The notes under the pieces are model-generated. The model saw nothing but the letters and a program-made list of their open reading frames with translations, was not told the origin of the DNA and made no database searches. DNA of 64,000 nucleotides from an uncultured Verrucomicrobiae bacterium. GTDB taxonomy: Bacteria > Verrucomicrobiota > Verrucomicrobiia > Limisphaerales > Palsa-1400. Position numbers and translations under genes: made by a program. Below, piece after piece: positions 1 through 9,581 of this stretch. The stretch covers positions 288,001 through 352,000 of the forward strand of contig CAVXRD010000001.1 of the NCBI GenBank assembly GCA_963764165.1, in the 5' to 3' direction. How positions within the stretch are numbered: position 1 is the first letter of the stretch; each line of letters starts with the position of its first letter.

Positions 1-704
1 AAGCGGCCGAAGCTTCGCGCGATTTCGCCAAGCTCGATTTGGATTACACCGAGGTTCGCGCGCCCATCGACGGGCGGGTCAGCCGCGCGATGTTGACCGA
101 GGGCAATTATGTCAATGGGGTGGCCGGCGGAGCCTCTTTGCTGACGACGCTTGTTTCCGTCAGCCCTGTTTACGTTTACGTCGATGTGGATGAGGATTCG
201 CTCTTGAAATACAACGCGCTGGCGGCCGCGAAAAAATTGGAGACCAACGGCGACGGGAAAATTCCTGTTGACCTCCAGCTTGGCGACGAACCTGGGTTCT
301 CGCACGCGGGCGTTGTGGAATCATTCGACAATCGCCTGGACGCGGACACCGGCAGCATTGTGTTGCGCGCCGTGTTTCCGAATGAAGACGGGCGCATTGT
401 GCCCGGATTGTTCGCCCGCATCCGCCTGCCCCTGAGCGAGAAACAGCCGACGCTCCTTGTCAGCGAGAAAGCCGTTGGCACCGACCAGGCGCAGAAATAT
501 GTATTGACGCTCACCAAGTCCAACACGGTGGCGTATCAGCCTGTCACGCTCGGCCCGCTCATTGATGGGCAGCGCATCGTCCGCACCGGATTGCAGCCGG
601 GCGAGAAGATTGTTGTCAATGGAATGGCGCACGTCCGCCCCGGCATGCCGGTGACGCCGCAGGTCGAAACCAACAGCCCGGATCGCAAGATCGTCAGCCG
701 CTGA
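1..704 (+). CDS. RND efflux periplasmic adaptor (MFP) subunit, 5'-truncated by window
   Basis: Frame is open to the window edge; motifs LDYTEVRAPIDGRVSR, FPNEDGRIVPGLFARI, GLQPGEKIVVNG; directly upstream of RND permease. Confidence 0.93.
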   Translation, partial: AAEASRDFAKLDLDYTEVRAPIDGRVSRAMLTEGNYVNGVAGGASLLTTLVSVSPVYVYVDVDEDSLLKYNALAAAKKLETNGDGKIPVDLQLGDEPGFSHAGVVESFDNRLDADTGSIVLRAVFPNEDGRIVPGLFARIRLPLSEKQPTLLVSEKAVGTDQAQKYVLTLTKSNTVAYQPVTLGPLIDGQRIVRTGLQPGEKIVVNGMAHVRPGMPVTPQVETNSPDRKIVSR

Positions 705-736
705 GCAGCCGCATTTACCTTAACCAAAGGCCAGCC

Positions 737-3700
737 ATGAACTTTTCGGATTTCTTCATAAGACGCCCCATCTTCGCGGGAGTCTTGTCAACTTTAATTT
801 TCCTAATTGGGGCCATCGCGCTGTGGAAGCTTCCGATCAGCGAATATCCCGAAGTGGTGCCGCCGACTATTGTCGTGCGCGCCAGTTATCCCGGCGCGAA
901 TCCCAAGACCATCGCCGAAACGGTCGCCTCCCCGCTCGAGCAGGAAATCAACGGCGTCGAGGACTCGCAGTATATGTTTTCGCAGGCGACAGCGGACGGT
1001 GTGATGACCTTGACCATCACCTTCAAGCTCGGCGCGGATGTCGACAAGGCGCAGGTGCAGGTGCAAAACCGCGTTTCCCAGGCGCTCCCGAAATTGCCTG
1101 AAGACGTCCGCCGCCTCGGCGTCACGACAAAAAAGCAATCGCCGGATTTGACGATGGTCGTTCACCTGTTCTCACCGGACGGGCGCTATAACGAAGTTTA
1201 TTTGCGCAATTATGCCACGCTTCAGGTGAAGGACGTCCTGGCGCGCATTCCCGGAGCTGGCGACGTGCAGGTGTTCGGCTCGGGCGATTATGCAATGCGC
1301 ATCTGGCTCGACCCGGATAAAATCGCCTCGCGCAATTTGACCGCCGACGACGTGGTCAATGCCATTCGCGAGCAAAACGTGCAAATCGCCGCCGGCGCGG
1401 TGGGACAGCAGCCAGTGAGTTCGCCGGTGAATTTTGAAATGCAGGTGAACGCCAAGGGACGCCTCATCACGCCGGAGGAATTTGGCAAGATCATCGTGAA
1501 GACCGGCCCGCACGGCGAAAAGACGGTGCTCAAGGATGTCGCGCGGGTCGAATTGAGCGCGGGCAGTTACGCGTTGCGCTCGCTGCTTGACAACAAGACG
1601 GCGGTGGCGCTGCCCATTTTCCAATCGCCCGGCGCGAACGCGCTCGAGCTTTCCAGCAACGTCCGCCACACGATGGACGAGTTGAAGAAAAACTTCCCGG
1701 ATGGCCTCGATTACTCCGTGGTGTATGACCCGACGACCTTCGTGCGGCATTCGATTGAAGCAGTCATTCACACGCTGGCCGAAGCAATTTTGCTGGTGGT
1801 GATCGTCGTGATTTTGTTCCTGCAAACGTGGCGCGCGTCGATCATTCCGCTCGCGGCGGTGCCGGTTTCGCTGGTGGGAACCTTCGCGGTGATGCTCGCG
1901 GTCGGATTTTCCATAAACAACCTTTCGCTGTTCGGGATGGTGCTGGCCATCGGCATTGTGGTCGACGACGCCATCGTGGTGGTGGAGAACGTCGAGCGAA
2001 ACATCGCGCTCGGATTCGCGCCGCCGGAAGCCGCGCGGCGCGCGATGAGCGAGGTGACGAGCCCGATCATCGCGACGGCGCTGGTCTTGTGCGCGGTGTT
2101 CGTGCCGACGGCGTTCATCAGCGGCTTGACGGGGCAATTCTACAAGCAATTCGCGATCACGATTGCGATCTCGACGGTCATCTCGGCGTTCAATTCGCTG
2201 ACGCTCTCCCCTGCCCTTTGCGCGGTGCTGCTGAAAGATCACAACGCGCCGAAGGATGTCTTCGCCCGTTCGATGGATAAAATCTTCGGCTGGATCTTCC
2301 GCCCGTTTAATCGCGCGTTCGCGTGGGCGGGAAATAAATATTCCACCGGCGTCGCCTCGATCCTGCGCAAATCGGTGGCGGCCCTCGTGGTCTACGTGGC
2401 ATTAGTCGCTCTGACCGGATGGGGATTCAACAAGGTGCCGACGGGTTTCGTCCCGACGCAGGATAAACAATATCTTGTCGCGTTCGCGCAATTGCCCGAC
2501 GCCGCTTCGCTGGATCGCACGGACGCGGTGATTCGCCGCATGGCGGAAATCGGCCTGAAAACGCCCGGCGTTGAAAGCGCGGTGGAATTTCCAGGATTGA
2601 GCATCAGCGGTTTCACCGTCGCGCCCAATGAAGGCATCGCGTTCTTCACGCTGAAGCCCTTCGACGAACGTACGACGCCGGAGTTGAGCGCGGACGCCAT
2701 TGCCGCTTCATTGAACCAGCAACTCTCCGCCATCCAGGATGCATTCGTCCTCACCGTGTCGCCGCCGCCGGTGGATGGCTTGGGAACGATTGGCGGGTTC
2801 AAGCTTTACGTGGAGGATCGCGCGGATCTCGGTTACGACGCGGTTTACCAATCGATTCAGGACATCCTGGGAAAGGCCTACCAAACGCCCGTGCTGGACC
2901 AGGAGTTTTCCTCCTTTACTGTGACGGTGCCGCAGTTGGATGCGGACATCGACCGCGTGAAAGCAAAGCAGGAAGGAGTGCCGTTGCAGAATCTATTTGA
3001 CACCATGCAGGTGTATCTCGGCTCGCTTTACGTGAACGATTTCAACCGCTTCGGACGCACTTACCAAGTGATCGCGCAGGCCGATTCGAAATTCCGCGGC
3101 AGCGCTGAGAGCATCACGCGGCTGAAAACGCGCAATGAAAAGGGACAAATGGTGCCGCTGGGCGCGCTGGTGCGCGTGGTGGAAACGCACGGGCCGAATC
3201 GCGCGATGCGTTACAACGGTTATCCCGCCGCCGAAATCAATGCCGCGCCCGGCGCTGGCTACAGTTCGGGGCAGGCCGAGGCGCTGCTGGCGAAACTCAC
3301 CACGGAGACGCTGCCGAAAGGGGCGAGCTTCGAGTGGACTGATCTCACCTATCAACGAATTCTCGCGGGCAACACGGCTATTTACGTGTATCCGCTTTGC
3401 ATTCTGCTGGTGTTCCTTGTGCTGGCGGCGCTTTACGAGAGTTTTCGCTTGCCGCTCGCCATTATTCTCATTGTGCCGATGTGTTTGCTGTTCGCCATCA
3501 CCGGCGTCTACCTATCGCATGGCGACAATAATATTTTCACGCAGATTGGCTTGATCGTGCTGGTCGGATTGGCGTGCAAGAACGCCATCTTGATTGTCGA
3601 GTTCGCGAAGGAAAAACAGGCCGAGGGATTGTCGGCTTTTCAATCTGCCATTGAAGCGTGCCGCTTGCGGTTGCGCCCGATTTTGATGACGTCGATTGCG

Positions 3701-5398
3701 TTCATCGCGGGTGTGTTTCCGCTCGTGGTGGCGCACGGCGCCGGTTCGGAAATGCGACGAGCCATGGGCGTGGCCGTGTTCGCTGGAATGATTGGCGTGA
3801 CGATCTTCGGACTCTTCTTGACACCGGTGTTTTACGTGACACTCATGCGCTGGGGGCCGAAACCGAAACACGCTCACGCACCCTTGCCGAGCGGCACAGG
3901 AATCGGACCGTCCACTGCGGTCGCGGGTTTGATTCTCGCGTTGTTGCTGATCCCCACCTCCATCCAGGCAGACGGTTGGAAAGTGGGCCCGGACTATCAC
4001 GCGCCGACTAATTCCGTTCCCCCGGCTTACAAGTCCGAAGAACTCGGTTCGTGGAAGGAAGGCAAACCGCTGGCGGATGTTCCCAAAGGAAAATGGTGGG
4101 AAATTTTCAACGATCCGGATTTGAACGCGCTCGAAGAACGTGCCGGCCAGGCCAACCAGGACTTGAAGGCGGCGGTCGCGCGCGTCGATCAATCGCGGGC
4201 CACAGCTCGTGTCGCGCGGGCGCAATTGATGCCGTATCTCAGCCTCGACCCTAGCTTGAATCGCCAGCGTTATTCTCCGAATGAGCAGCCGAGTTTCGGA
4301 AACATCACGGCCACCACCTACAGCACCCCGCTTGATCTCAGTTACGAAGTGGATTTGTGGGGCCGCGTGCGCCGGAGCTTTGAAGGCGCGCGGGCCGATG
4401 CGCAAGCTTCGCTGGCGGATTATTACAACGGCCTGCTGACCTTGCAGGCGGACGTCGCGGAAAACTATTTTTCGCTGCGCGGCCTTGATGCGGAAATCGC
4501 CACCGTTGACGGCACCGTCGGATTGCGCAAAGAGCAACTCAAGCTGGTGCAAAGCCGTTTTCGCGGCGGCATCGGAAACGAACTCGACATCGCACGCGCC
4601 GAAACCGAACTCGCCACCACGGAGGCAGAAGCAGCGGCCTTGGCGCAACGCCGCGAGGAAATGGAAAATGCGATTGCCGTCCTGGTCGGCGCGAACGCGG
4701 CGTCGTTTCATTTGGCGCCGCTGAAATCCAGCAATTGGGCGCCGAACCCCCCGGAAGTTCCCGCCGGTTTGCCGGCCGATTTGCTCGAACGCCGCCCGGA
4801 TGTCTCCGAGGCGGAACGCCAGCTTGCCGCGACCAGCGCGCGCATTGGCGTGGCGAAAGGCGCGTTCTTTCCTGTGCTGACATTGACAGGCTCCGGCGGA
4901 TTCCTCAGCGCGGATGTTGATACGCTGTTTAACTGGAACAGCCGGACATGGTCGATGGGGCCGAGTTTGACGCTGCCCCTTTTCGCGGGCGGGCGCAACA
5001 AGGCGAATTTGAAACGCGCGAAGTCTGCCTTTGAAGAGGCGACGGCTCATTATCGCCAGCGCATTCTCGTGGCGTTTCAGGAAACCGAGAACAGCCTTTC
5101 GGCCACCCGCCATCTCAGCGTCGAAGCGGAAGCGCAGAAGCGCGCCGTCACCAACGCGCGCCGCGCGGCCAATCTGGCCGAGAACCGTTATAAATCGGGA
5201 ATCGTCGGATACCTCGATGTCGTCGATGCGAACCGCGACGCGCTGCAAGCCGAGCGCGACAATGCCCGCCTCGCCGGCCAGCGACTGGTGGTTTCCGTGC
5301 AGCTCATCAAAGCGCTCGGCGGCGGCTGGGAGCAGGCGCAAGTCAATGATACTGTTGCGCCTGTCAAGAATGGCCTGCCGGTGGCGATGTCGAAGTAA
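737..5398 (+). CDS. HAE1-type RND permease (MexF/OqxB-like) fused in frame to a NodT/OprN-type outer membrane factor, 1553 aa
   Basis: N-terminal ~1040 aa: [45 protein letters not shown]-terminal ~480 aa: VGPDY, LLERRPDV, LIKALGGGW; no stop between them. Confidence 0.93.
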   Translation: MNFSDFFIRRPIFAGVLSTLIFLIGAIALWKLPISEYPEVVPPTIVVRASYPGANPKTIAETVASPLEQEINGVEDSQYMFSQATADGVMTLTITFKLGADVDKAQVQVQNRVSQALPKLPEDVRRLGVTTKKQSPDLTMVVHLFSPDGRYNEVYLRNYATLQVKDVLARIPGAGDVQVFGSGDYAMRIWLDPDKIASRNLTADDVVNAIREQNVQIAAGAVGQQPVSSPVNFEMQVNAKGRLITPEEFGKIIVKTGPHGEKTVLKDVARVELSAGSYALRSLLDNKTAVALPIFQSPGANALELSSNVRHTMDELKKNFPDGLDYSVVYDPTTFVRHSIEAVIHTLAEAILLVVIVVILFLQTWRASIIPLAAVPVSLVGTFAVMLAVGFSINNLSLFGMVLAIGIVVDDAIVVVENVERNIALGFAPPEAARRAMSEVTSPIIATALVLCAVFVPTAFISGLTGQFYKQFAITIAISTVISAFNSLTLSPALCAVLLKDHNAPKDVFARSMDKIFGWIFRPFNRAFAWAGNKYSTGVASILRKSVAALVVYVALVALTGWGFNKVPTGFVPTQDKQYLVAFAQLPDAASLDRTDAVIRRMAEIGLKTPGVESAVEFPGLSISGFTVAPNEGIAFFTLKPFDERTTPELSADAIAASLNQQLSAIQDAFVLTVSPPPVDGLGTIGGFKLYVEDRADLGYDAVYQSIQDILGKAYQTPVLDQEFSSFTVTVPQLDADIDRVKAKQEGVPLQNLFDTMQVYLGSLYVNDFNRFGRTYQVIAQADSKFRGSAESITRLKTRNEKGQMVPLGALVRVVETHGPNRAMRYNGYPAAEINAAPGAGYSSGQAEALLAKLTTETLPKGASFEWTDLTYQRILAGNTAIYVYPLCILLVFLVLAALYESFRLPLAIILIVPMCLLFAITGVYLSHGDNNIFTQIGLIVLVGLACKNAILIVEFAKEKQAEGLSAFQSAIEACRLRLRPILMTSIAFIAGVFPLVVAHGAGSEMRRAMGVAVFAGMIGVTIFGLFLTPVFYVTLMRWGPKPKHAHAPLPSGTGIGPSTAVAGLILALLLIPTSIQADGWKVGPDYHAPTNSVPPAYKSEELGSWKEGKPLADVPKGKWWEIFNDPDLNALEERAGQANQDLKAAVARVDQSRATARVARAQLMPYLSLDPSLNRQRYSPNEQPSFGNITATTYSTPLDLSYEVDLWGRVRRSFEGARADAQASLADYYNGLLTLQADVAENYFSLRGLDAEIATVDGTVGLRKEQLKLVQSRFRGGIGNELDIARAETELATTEAEAAALAQRREEMENAIAVLVGANAASFHLAPLKSSNWAPNPPEVPAGLPADLLERRPDVSEAERQLAATSARIGVAKGAFFPVLTLTGSGGFLSADVDTLFNWNSRTWSMGPSLTLPLFAGGRNKANLKRAKSAFEEATAHYRQRILVAFQETENSLSATRHLSVEAEAQKRAVTNARRAANLAENRYKSGIVGYLDVVDANRDALQAERDNARLAGQRLVVSVQLIKALGGGWEQAQVNDTVAPVKNGLPVAMSK

Positions 5399-5410
5399 GC
5401 ATGACGCGTT

Positions 5411-5551
5411 GGAGCGCGGCTGTGTCGAAGACCAGCCGCAGCCATATTCAAACCAGGGAAAAGCGAACTGCGACAATTACGGTGATCGGCTCCGCGTGCC
5501 TCGGTTTGCATCGGAACCCGCTGCGGCTGGTCTTCGACACAGCCGCGCTCC
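5411..5551. repeat. REP doublet (REPIN-like), copy 1
   Basis: Perfect 32-bp inverted arms GGAGCGCGGCTGTGTCGAAGACCAGCCGCAGC at 5411-5442 and 5520-5551. Confidence 0.92.
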
Positions 5552-5594
5552 GGCGGCGCTTCAAGACTTGCGACGGCGTTCTGTTTACAGTTCA

Positions 5595-6311
5595 ATGCGC
5601 GGCGTGAGCCAGCCACCTGAGCCAAGACTTCCGGGGCCACCACATAATCCCGGCGTGCGCGACTTGATCAAGGGCAAACGCCGCTGGGCTGGGCCGCCAA
5701 AGCCGCAAGACGCCAAGCAGGGATTCCGCAGTTGGAACGAGCGCGGTTATCTTCCCCATCGGGACGAGCCAGGCTTGACACAATTCGTCACGTTCCGACT
5801 GGCTGATTCATTTCCTGAAGCGCTTCGTTCGGAGTGGGAGCACCTGCTAAAGATTGAGGACAACGGCAGGCGGCAGGCGGAACTGGAATCGTACCTGGAC
5901 CGAAGCCGTGGCGAATGTCATTTGCGCCAGCCTGAGATTGCCCAACTCGTTGAAAACGCGATGCGGTTCTTCCACGGCGAGCGTTACGAAATGCGCGCTT
6001 GGGCTGTGATGCCGAATCATGTTCACGCATTGTTCAAAGTAGACGCGACGCCGATGGCGGATATCATCCAGAGCTGGAAAAAACACACGGCACAAAAGGC
6101 AAACCGGCTATTGAACCGCCGCGGTGAATTCTGGCAGGCGGATTACTGGGACACATTCATGCGCGACAGAAACCACGAATTGAAAACACGCAACTACATC
6201 GAAGGCAATCCGGCGAAAGCGGGACTTGTTGTCGATCCGAAGGTTTGGCCATGGAGCAGCGCCCGATTTTGGGATACTTGTGGCGTGTTGAAAATCCAGC
6301 GCAACGGCTGA
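5595..6311 (+). mobile_element. REP-associated tyrosine transposase (RAYT, HUH Y1 family), ~238 aa
   Basis: RGYLPH, FVTFRLADS, VMPNHVH (HUH), FWQADYWD, YIEGNP, WPWSSA; flanked by two 141-bp REP doublets; start placed at ATG 5595. Confidence 0.9.
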
Positions 6312-6324
6312 ACGGCACGCGAAC

Positions 6325-6465
6325 GGAGCGCGGCTGTGTCGAAGACCAGCCGCAGCCATATTCAAACCACGGAAAAGCGAACTGCGACAATTACGGTGAT
6401 CGGCTCCGCGTGCCTCAGTTGGCATTGGAACCCGCTGCGGCTGGTCTTCGACACAGCCGCGCTCC
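6325..6465. repeat. REP doublet (REPIN-like), copy 2
   Basis: Direct repeat of 5411-5551 with 4 substitutions, all in the spacer; same 32-bp arms. Confidence 0.92.
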
Positions 6466-6503
6466 GATGGATTCAGTTGGCATGCTCCTTCTTCACTTCC
6501 ATG

Positions 6504-7889
6504 TTAGTTCGGATGCTGGGGCAGGCGGACTTTGAAGCGGGTTTCGCCGGGCTTGGATTCGAATTCGATTTCGCCGCCGTGGCGGTCCGCCACGATGCGA
6601 TTGCTGATCACCAAGCCCAAGCCAGTACCAGCGCCCACGCCCTTTGTCGTAAAAAACGGCTCGAAAATATGCGCCTGCACTTCTGGTGGAATTCCCGCGC
6701 CGTCATCCACAATTTCAACAACCAGATAATCGCCGTCCAAAAATGTTCCGATGCAAAGGGCGCCCTTGCCGTTCATCGCGTCGATGGCGTTGTCAATAAG
6801 ATTTGTCCAGACCTGATTCAATTCGCCGGGATAAGCCATTATTTTTGGCAATTTGTCAAAGGCGCGGCGCACCGTGATGTTTTTCAATTTGTGCCCGAGC
6901 ATCACGAGCGTGCTCTCGATTCCCTCGTGGATGTCCATCTCCTGCATGGGCGATTTGTCCATGTGGGTGTAGGCCTTGACGGCTTTCACCAATTCGGAAA
7001 CGCGCGCGGTGCTGTTGGTGACCTGCGTCAATAAGAGTTTCAAACTAATCCGGGCTTCGAGCCACTGGATAGCTCCGGCGCGGCTGTCGGCAGGCAATTT
7101 GGAAGTCAGCTTTTCCAGCCAATCCACTCCCAATCCAGCTTCCACGAATGTTGGCGCAATCGACCAGCTATCGGGAATGCCCTGGCCTTCCAGCCACGTG
7201 CCGACGACGTCCTGGCGGTCGCTGCGGGTGATTGAATCGAGCTTTGGAGCTTTGGCCAAACCGCTCACGGATTCCTCGGAGGCGGGAAGAAGATACTCCC
7301 AATGCTCGGCTTCCAATCCATGAACCAACTCGCAAAGAAACGATTGCACCCGGTCGGTGGCCTTCTGCAATTCCGCCGCCGCCCGCAACGCCGCCGACGC
7401 AGGATTATTCAACTCGTGCGCCAAGCCGGCCGCCATCGTTCCCAGTGAAATCAATTTCTCGCGCTGGGAGGCAAAGCCTTCGATGTTGCGAAGGCGCGCC
7501 GCCGTCATCTTAATCACCTTGCGCGCCACCGAGGGGCACGTCCCGAGCATGTGCCAGAAGCCTTCTTCATTCAGTCGGAATACCCTGGCAGTCTTGGACA
7601 CGCGCACCGTCGACATCCACGGCGAATCGAGAAGCAGCGGCAATTCGCCCATAAAATCGCCCGGTTTGCTCGTCGCCATCAAAACGTCCTGCCGGTCGTA
7701 AGAGCGCCAGAACTGGATTTCCCCACCTAGATTTATGTAAAACATGGATGACTTTTGCCCTTCCGCGGCGAGAACGGTGCCGACCGGAAGCTCCACGATT
7801 TCTCCCGGCTTAATGCAATCAAGCTGGTCGTCCGACAATTCAGCGAACAGCGGCATTTTGCGGACAATTTGAAGTTCGGCGGCGTCCAT
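6504..7889 (-). CDS. Sensor histidine kinase with N-terminal cyclic-nucleotide-binding-like domain
   Basis: GLAHELNNP H-box, ELNQVWTNLIDNAIDA, DDGAGI, FFTTKGVGAGTGLGL; N-terminal PLFAELSDDQL/PGDFMGE. Confidence 0.9.
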   Translation of the reverse strand: MDAAELQIVRKMPLFAELSDDQLDCIKPGEIVELPVGTVLAAEGQKSSMFYINLGGEIQFWRSYDRQDVLMATSKPGDFMGELPLLLDSPWMSTVRVSKTARVFRLNEEGFWHMLGTCPSVARKVIKMTAARLRNIEGFASQREKLISLGTMAAGLAHELNNPASAALRAAAELQKATDRVQSFLCELVHGLEAEHWEYLLPASEESVSGLAKAPKLDSITRSDRQDVVGTWLEGQGIPDSWSIAPTFVEAGLGVDWLEKLTSKLPADSRAGAIQWLEARISLKLLLTQVTNSTARVSELVKAVKAYTHMDKSPMQEMDIHEGIESTLVMLGHKLKNITVRRAFDKLPKIMAYPGELNQVWTNLIDNAIDAMNGKGALCIGTFLDGDYLVVEIVDDGAGIPPEVQAHIFEPFFTTKGVGAGTGLGLVISNRIVADRHGGEIEFESKPGETRFKVRLPQHPN

Positions 7890-7893
7890 GATT

Positions 7894-9558
7894 TTACAAT
7901 GTGGCAAGATATTCATGCACGAGCTTCACAGCCATCGCGCCCTCGCCGACGCCGGAAGTAACGCCCTTGGCGGAGCGGTGGCGAACATCGCCCGCCACGA
8001 AAATCCCGGGAACGCTCGTTTCAAGATAAAATGGATCGCGGCTCGCGCTCCAGCCTTTGGGCCTGCGGCTTTCACCGGAACTCAGATGCTGGCCGGAAAT
8101 GACATAGCCCGATTGGTCGCGCTCGACAATGCCCGCGAGCCATTCCGTCCGCGGCAGCGCACCGGCGTAAATCAGCAGCGCCGTCGCCGGAGCCGTGCGC
8201 TCCTCGCCGGTTTTGCTATTTCGCAGGGTGACACTCTCGCAATGCCCCTCGCCGCAAACGTTGATGACATTTGTATTGACAAGCACTCCGATATTCTTGG
8301 TGGCGGTGATCTGGTCTTCGAGATATTGCGACATGGTCATGGACAGCGCCGCTCCGCGAACAACCATCGTGACTTTGCGCGCGAATTTCGAAAAATACAT
8401 CGCCGCCTGCCCGGCCGAATTCGCTCCTCCGATGATGTAAATATCGCCGTCGCGGTAGGAGATGGCGTCGCTCATCGGCGCGTAATAATATACACCCGCG
8501 CCGAGCAATTTTTCCGCTCCCGGAATATCAAGCGTGCGATAGGAAATCCCGCTGGCCACCAGAACGGCGCGGCCGGCGATTTCGGCCCCGTCCGCCAGCT
8601 TCACCACGCGCGACGGGCCATCGGCTCGCAAGCCCGCGACTTCCTGCGGGGTGAGGATTTCCACGCCAAAACGTCGCGCCTGGGCGACGGCGCGGCGAGC
8701 CAAATCGCCTCCGCTGAGCCCCGTTGGAAAACCAAGATAATTCTCGATGCGCGAACTCCGGCCCGCCTGCCCTCCCGGCGCTTCGCGTTCAATGAGAAGC
8801 GTCTTCAATCCGTCAGCCGCGCCATATACGGACGCCGCCAATCCGGCAGGGCCGCCGCCGATGACAATCAAATCGTAAAACGGGAGATCCGCCTTGGTCT
8901 TCAAATTCAGCTTGGCGGCGACCGCAGCCACATTCGGCTTGGGAATGAACGAACCGTCGGCAAAAACCACCAGTGGCAGGCAGGTGATGTCGGTCTTGCT
9001 CGTCGTCAACAATTGTTTTGCGGCGTCGCTTGTTTCCACGTCGAGCCACTGGTAGGGAATGAAATTGCGCCCGAGAAAATCACGAATCTCCATTCCCGCC
9101 GGCGACCAGCGATGGGCCACCACGCGAACGCCCTCGAACGGCGGCGAAAAGTTCGCCTGCCAATCGTCGAGCAAATCATCCACCACATTGTAGAGCCGCT
9201 CCTCCGGCGGATCCCATGGCTTCATCAAATAGTGGTCGATCTGCACCGAATTGATGGCCTGAATGGCGGCATCGGTATCGGCATAGGCTGTCAACAAAGC
9301 GCGCTTGGCGTCCGGGAAGAGCACAATGGCCTGCTCGAGAAATTCGACGCCGGACATCATCGGCATTCGCTGGTCAACAAGAAAGAGAGAAATGGAATCG
9401 TTTCGGAGTTTCAATTGCCGGACCGCATCCATCGCCGATGCGCCGGAGTCGGCGGCCATCACGCGGTAGCGATTCCCATATTGGCGGCGCAAGTCGCGTT
9501 CGACAGCGCGCAGCACTTCCGGATCGTCGTCCACTGTCATCAATATTGGTTTTGGCAT
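7894..9558 (-). CDS. Response-regulator receiver fused to thioredoxin-reductase-like FAD oxidoreductase
   Basis: VDDDP/DQRMP receiver; IGGGPAG, IENYLGFP, GGANSAGQAA, VAGDVR. Confidence 0.9.
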   Translation of the reverse strand: MPKPILMTVDDDPEVLRAVERDLRRQYGNRYRVMAADSGASAMDAVRQLKLRNDSISLFLVDQRMPMMSGVEFLEQAIVLFPDAKRALLTAYADTDAAIQAINSVQIDHYLMKPWDPPEERLYNVVDDLLDDWQANFSPPFEGVRVVAHRWSPAGMEIRDFLGRNFIPYQWLDVETSDAAKQLLTTSKTDITCLPLVVFADGSFIPKPNVAAVAAKLNLKTKADLPFYDLIVIGGGPAGLAASVYGAADGLKTLLIEREAPGGQAGRSSRIENYLGFPTGLSGGDLARRAVAQARRFGVEILTPQEVAGLRADGPSRVVKLADGAEIAGRAVLVASGISYRTLDIPGAEKLLGAGVYYYAPMSDAISYRDGDIYIIGGANSAGQAAMYFSKFARKVTMVVRGAALSMTMSQYLEDQITATKNIGVLVNTNVINVCGEGHCESVTLRNSKTGEERTAPATALLIYAGALPRTEWLAGIVERDQSGYVISGQHLSSGESRRPKGWSASRDPFYLETSVPGIFVAGDVRHRSAKGVTSGVGEGAMAVKLVHEYLATL

Positions 9559-9581
9559 GGCAAAAATTTGTTGGCGGCGCG

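Noticed and set aside
3512..5476. 654-aa minus-strand ORF (also 7888-9627, 24016-25857, 49666-51051)
   Set aside because: Antisense shadows of well-supported high-GC genes, with no recognisable motifs
5031..5594. N-terminal 188 aa of the 426-aa RAYT ORF
   Set aside because: Overlaps the OMF coding region and reads through the REP doublet; RAYT similarity starts after ATG 5595
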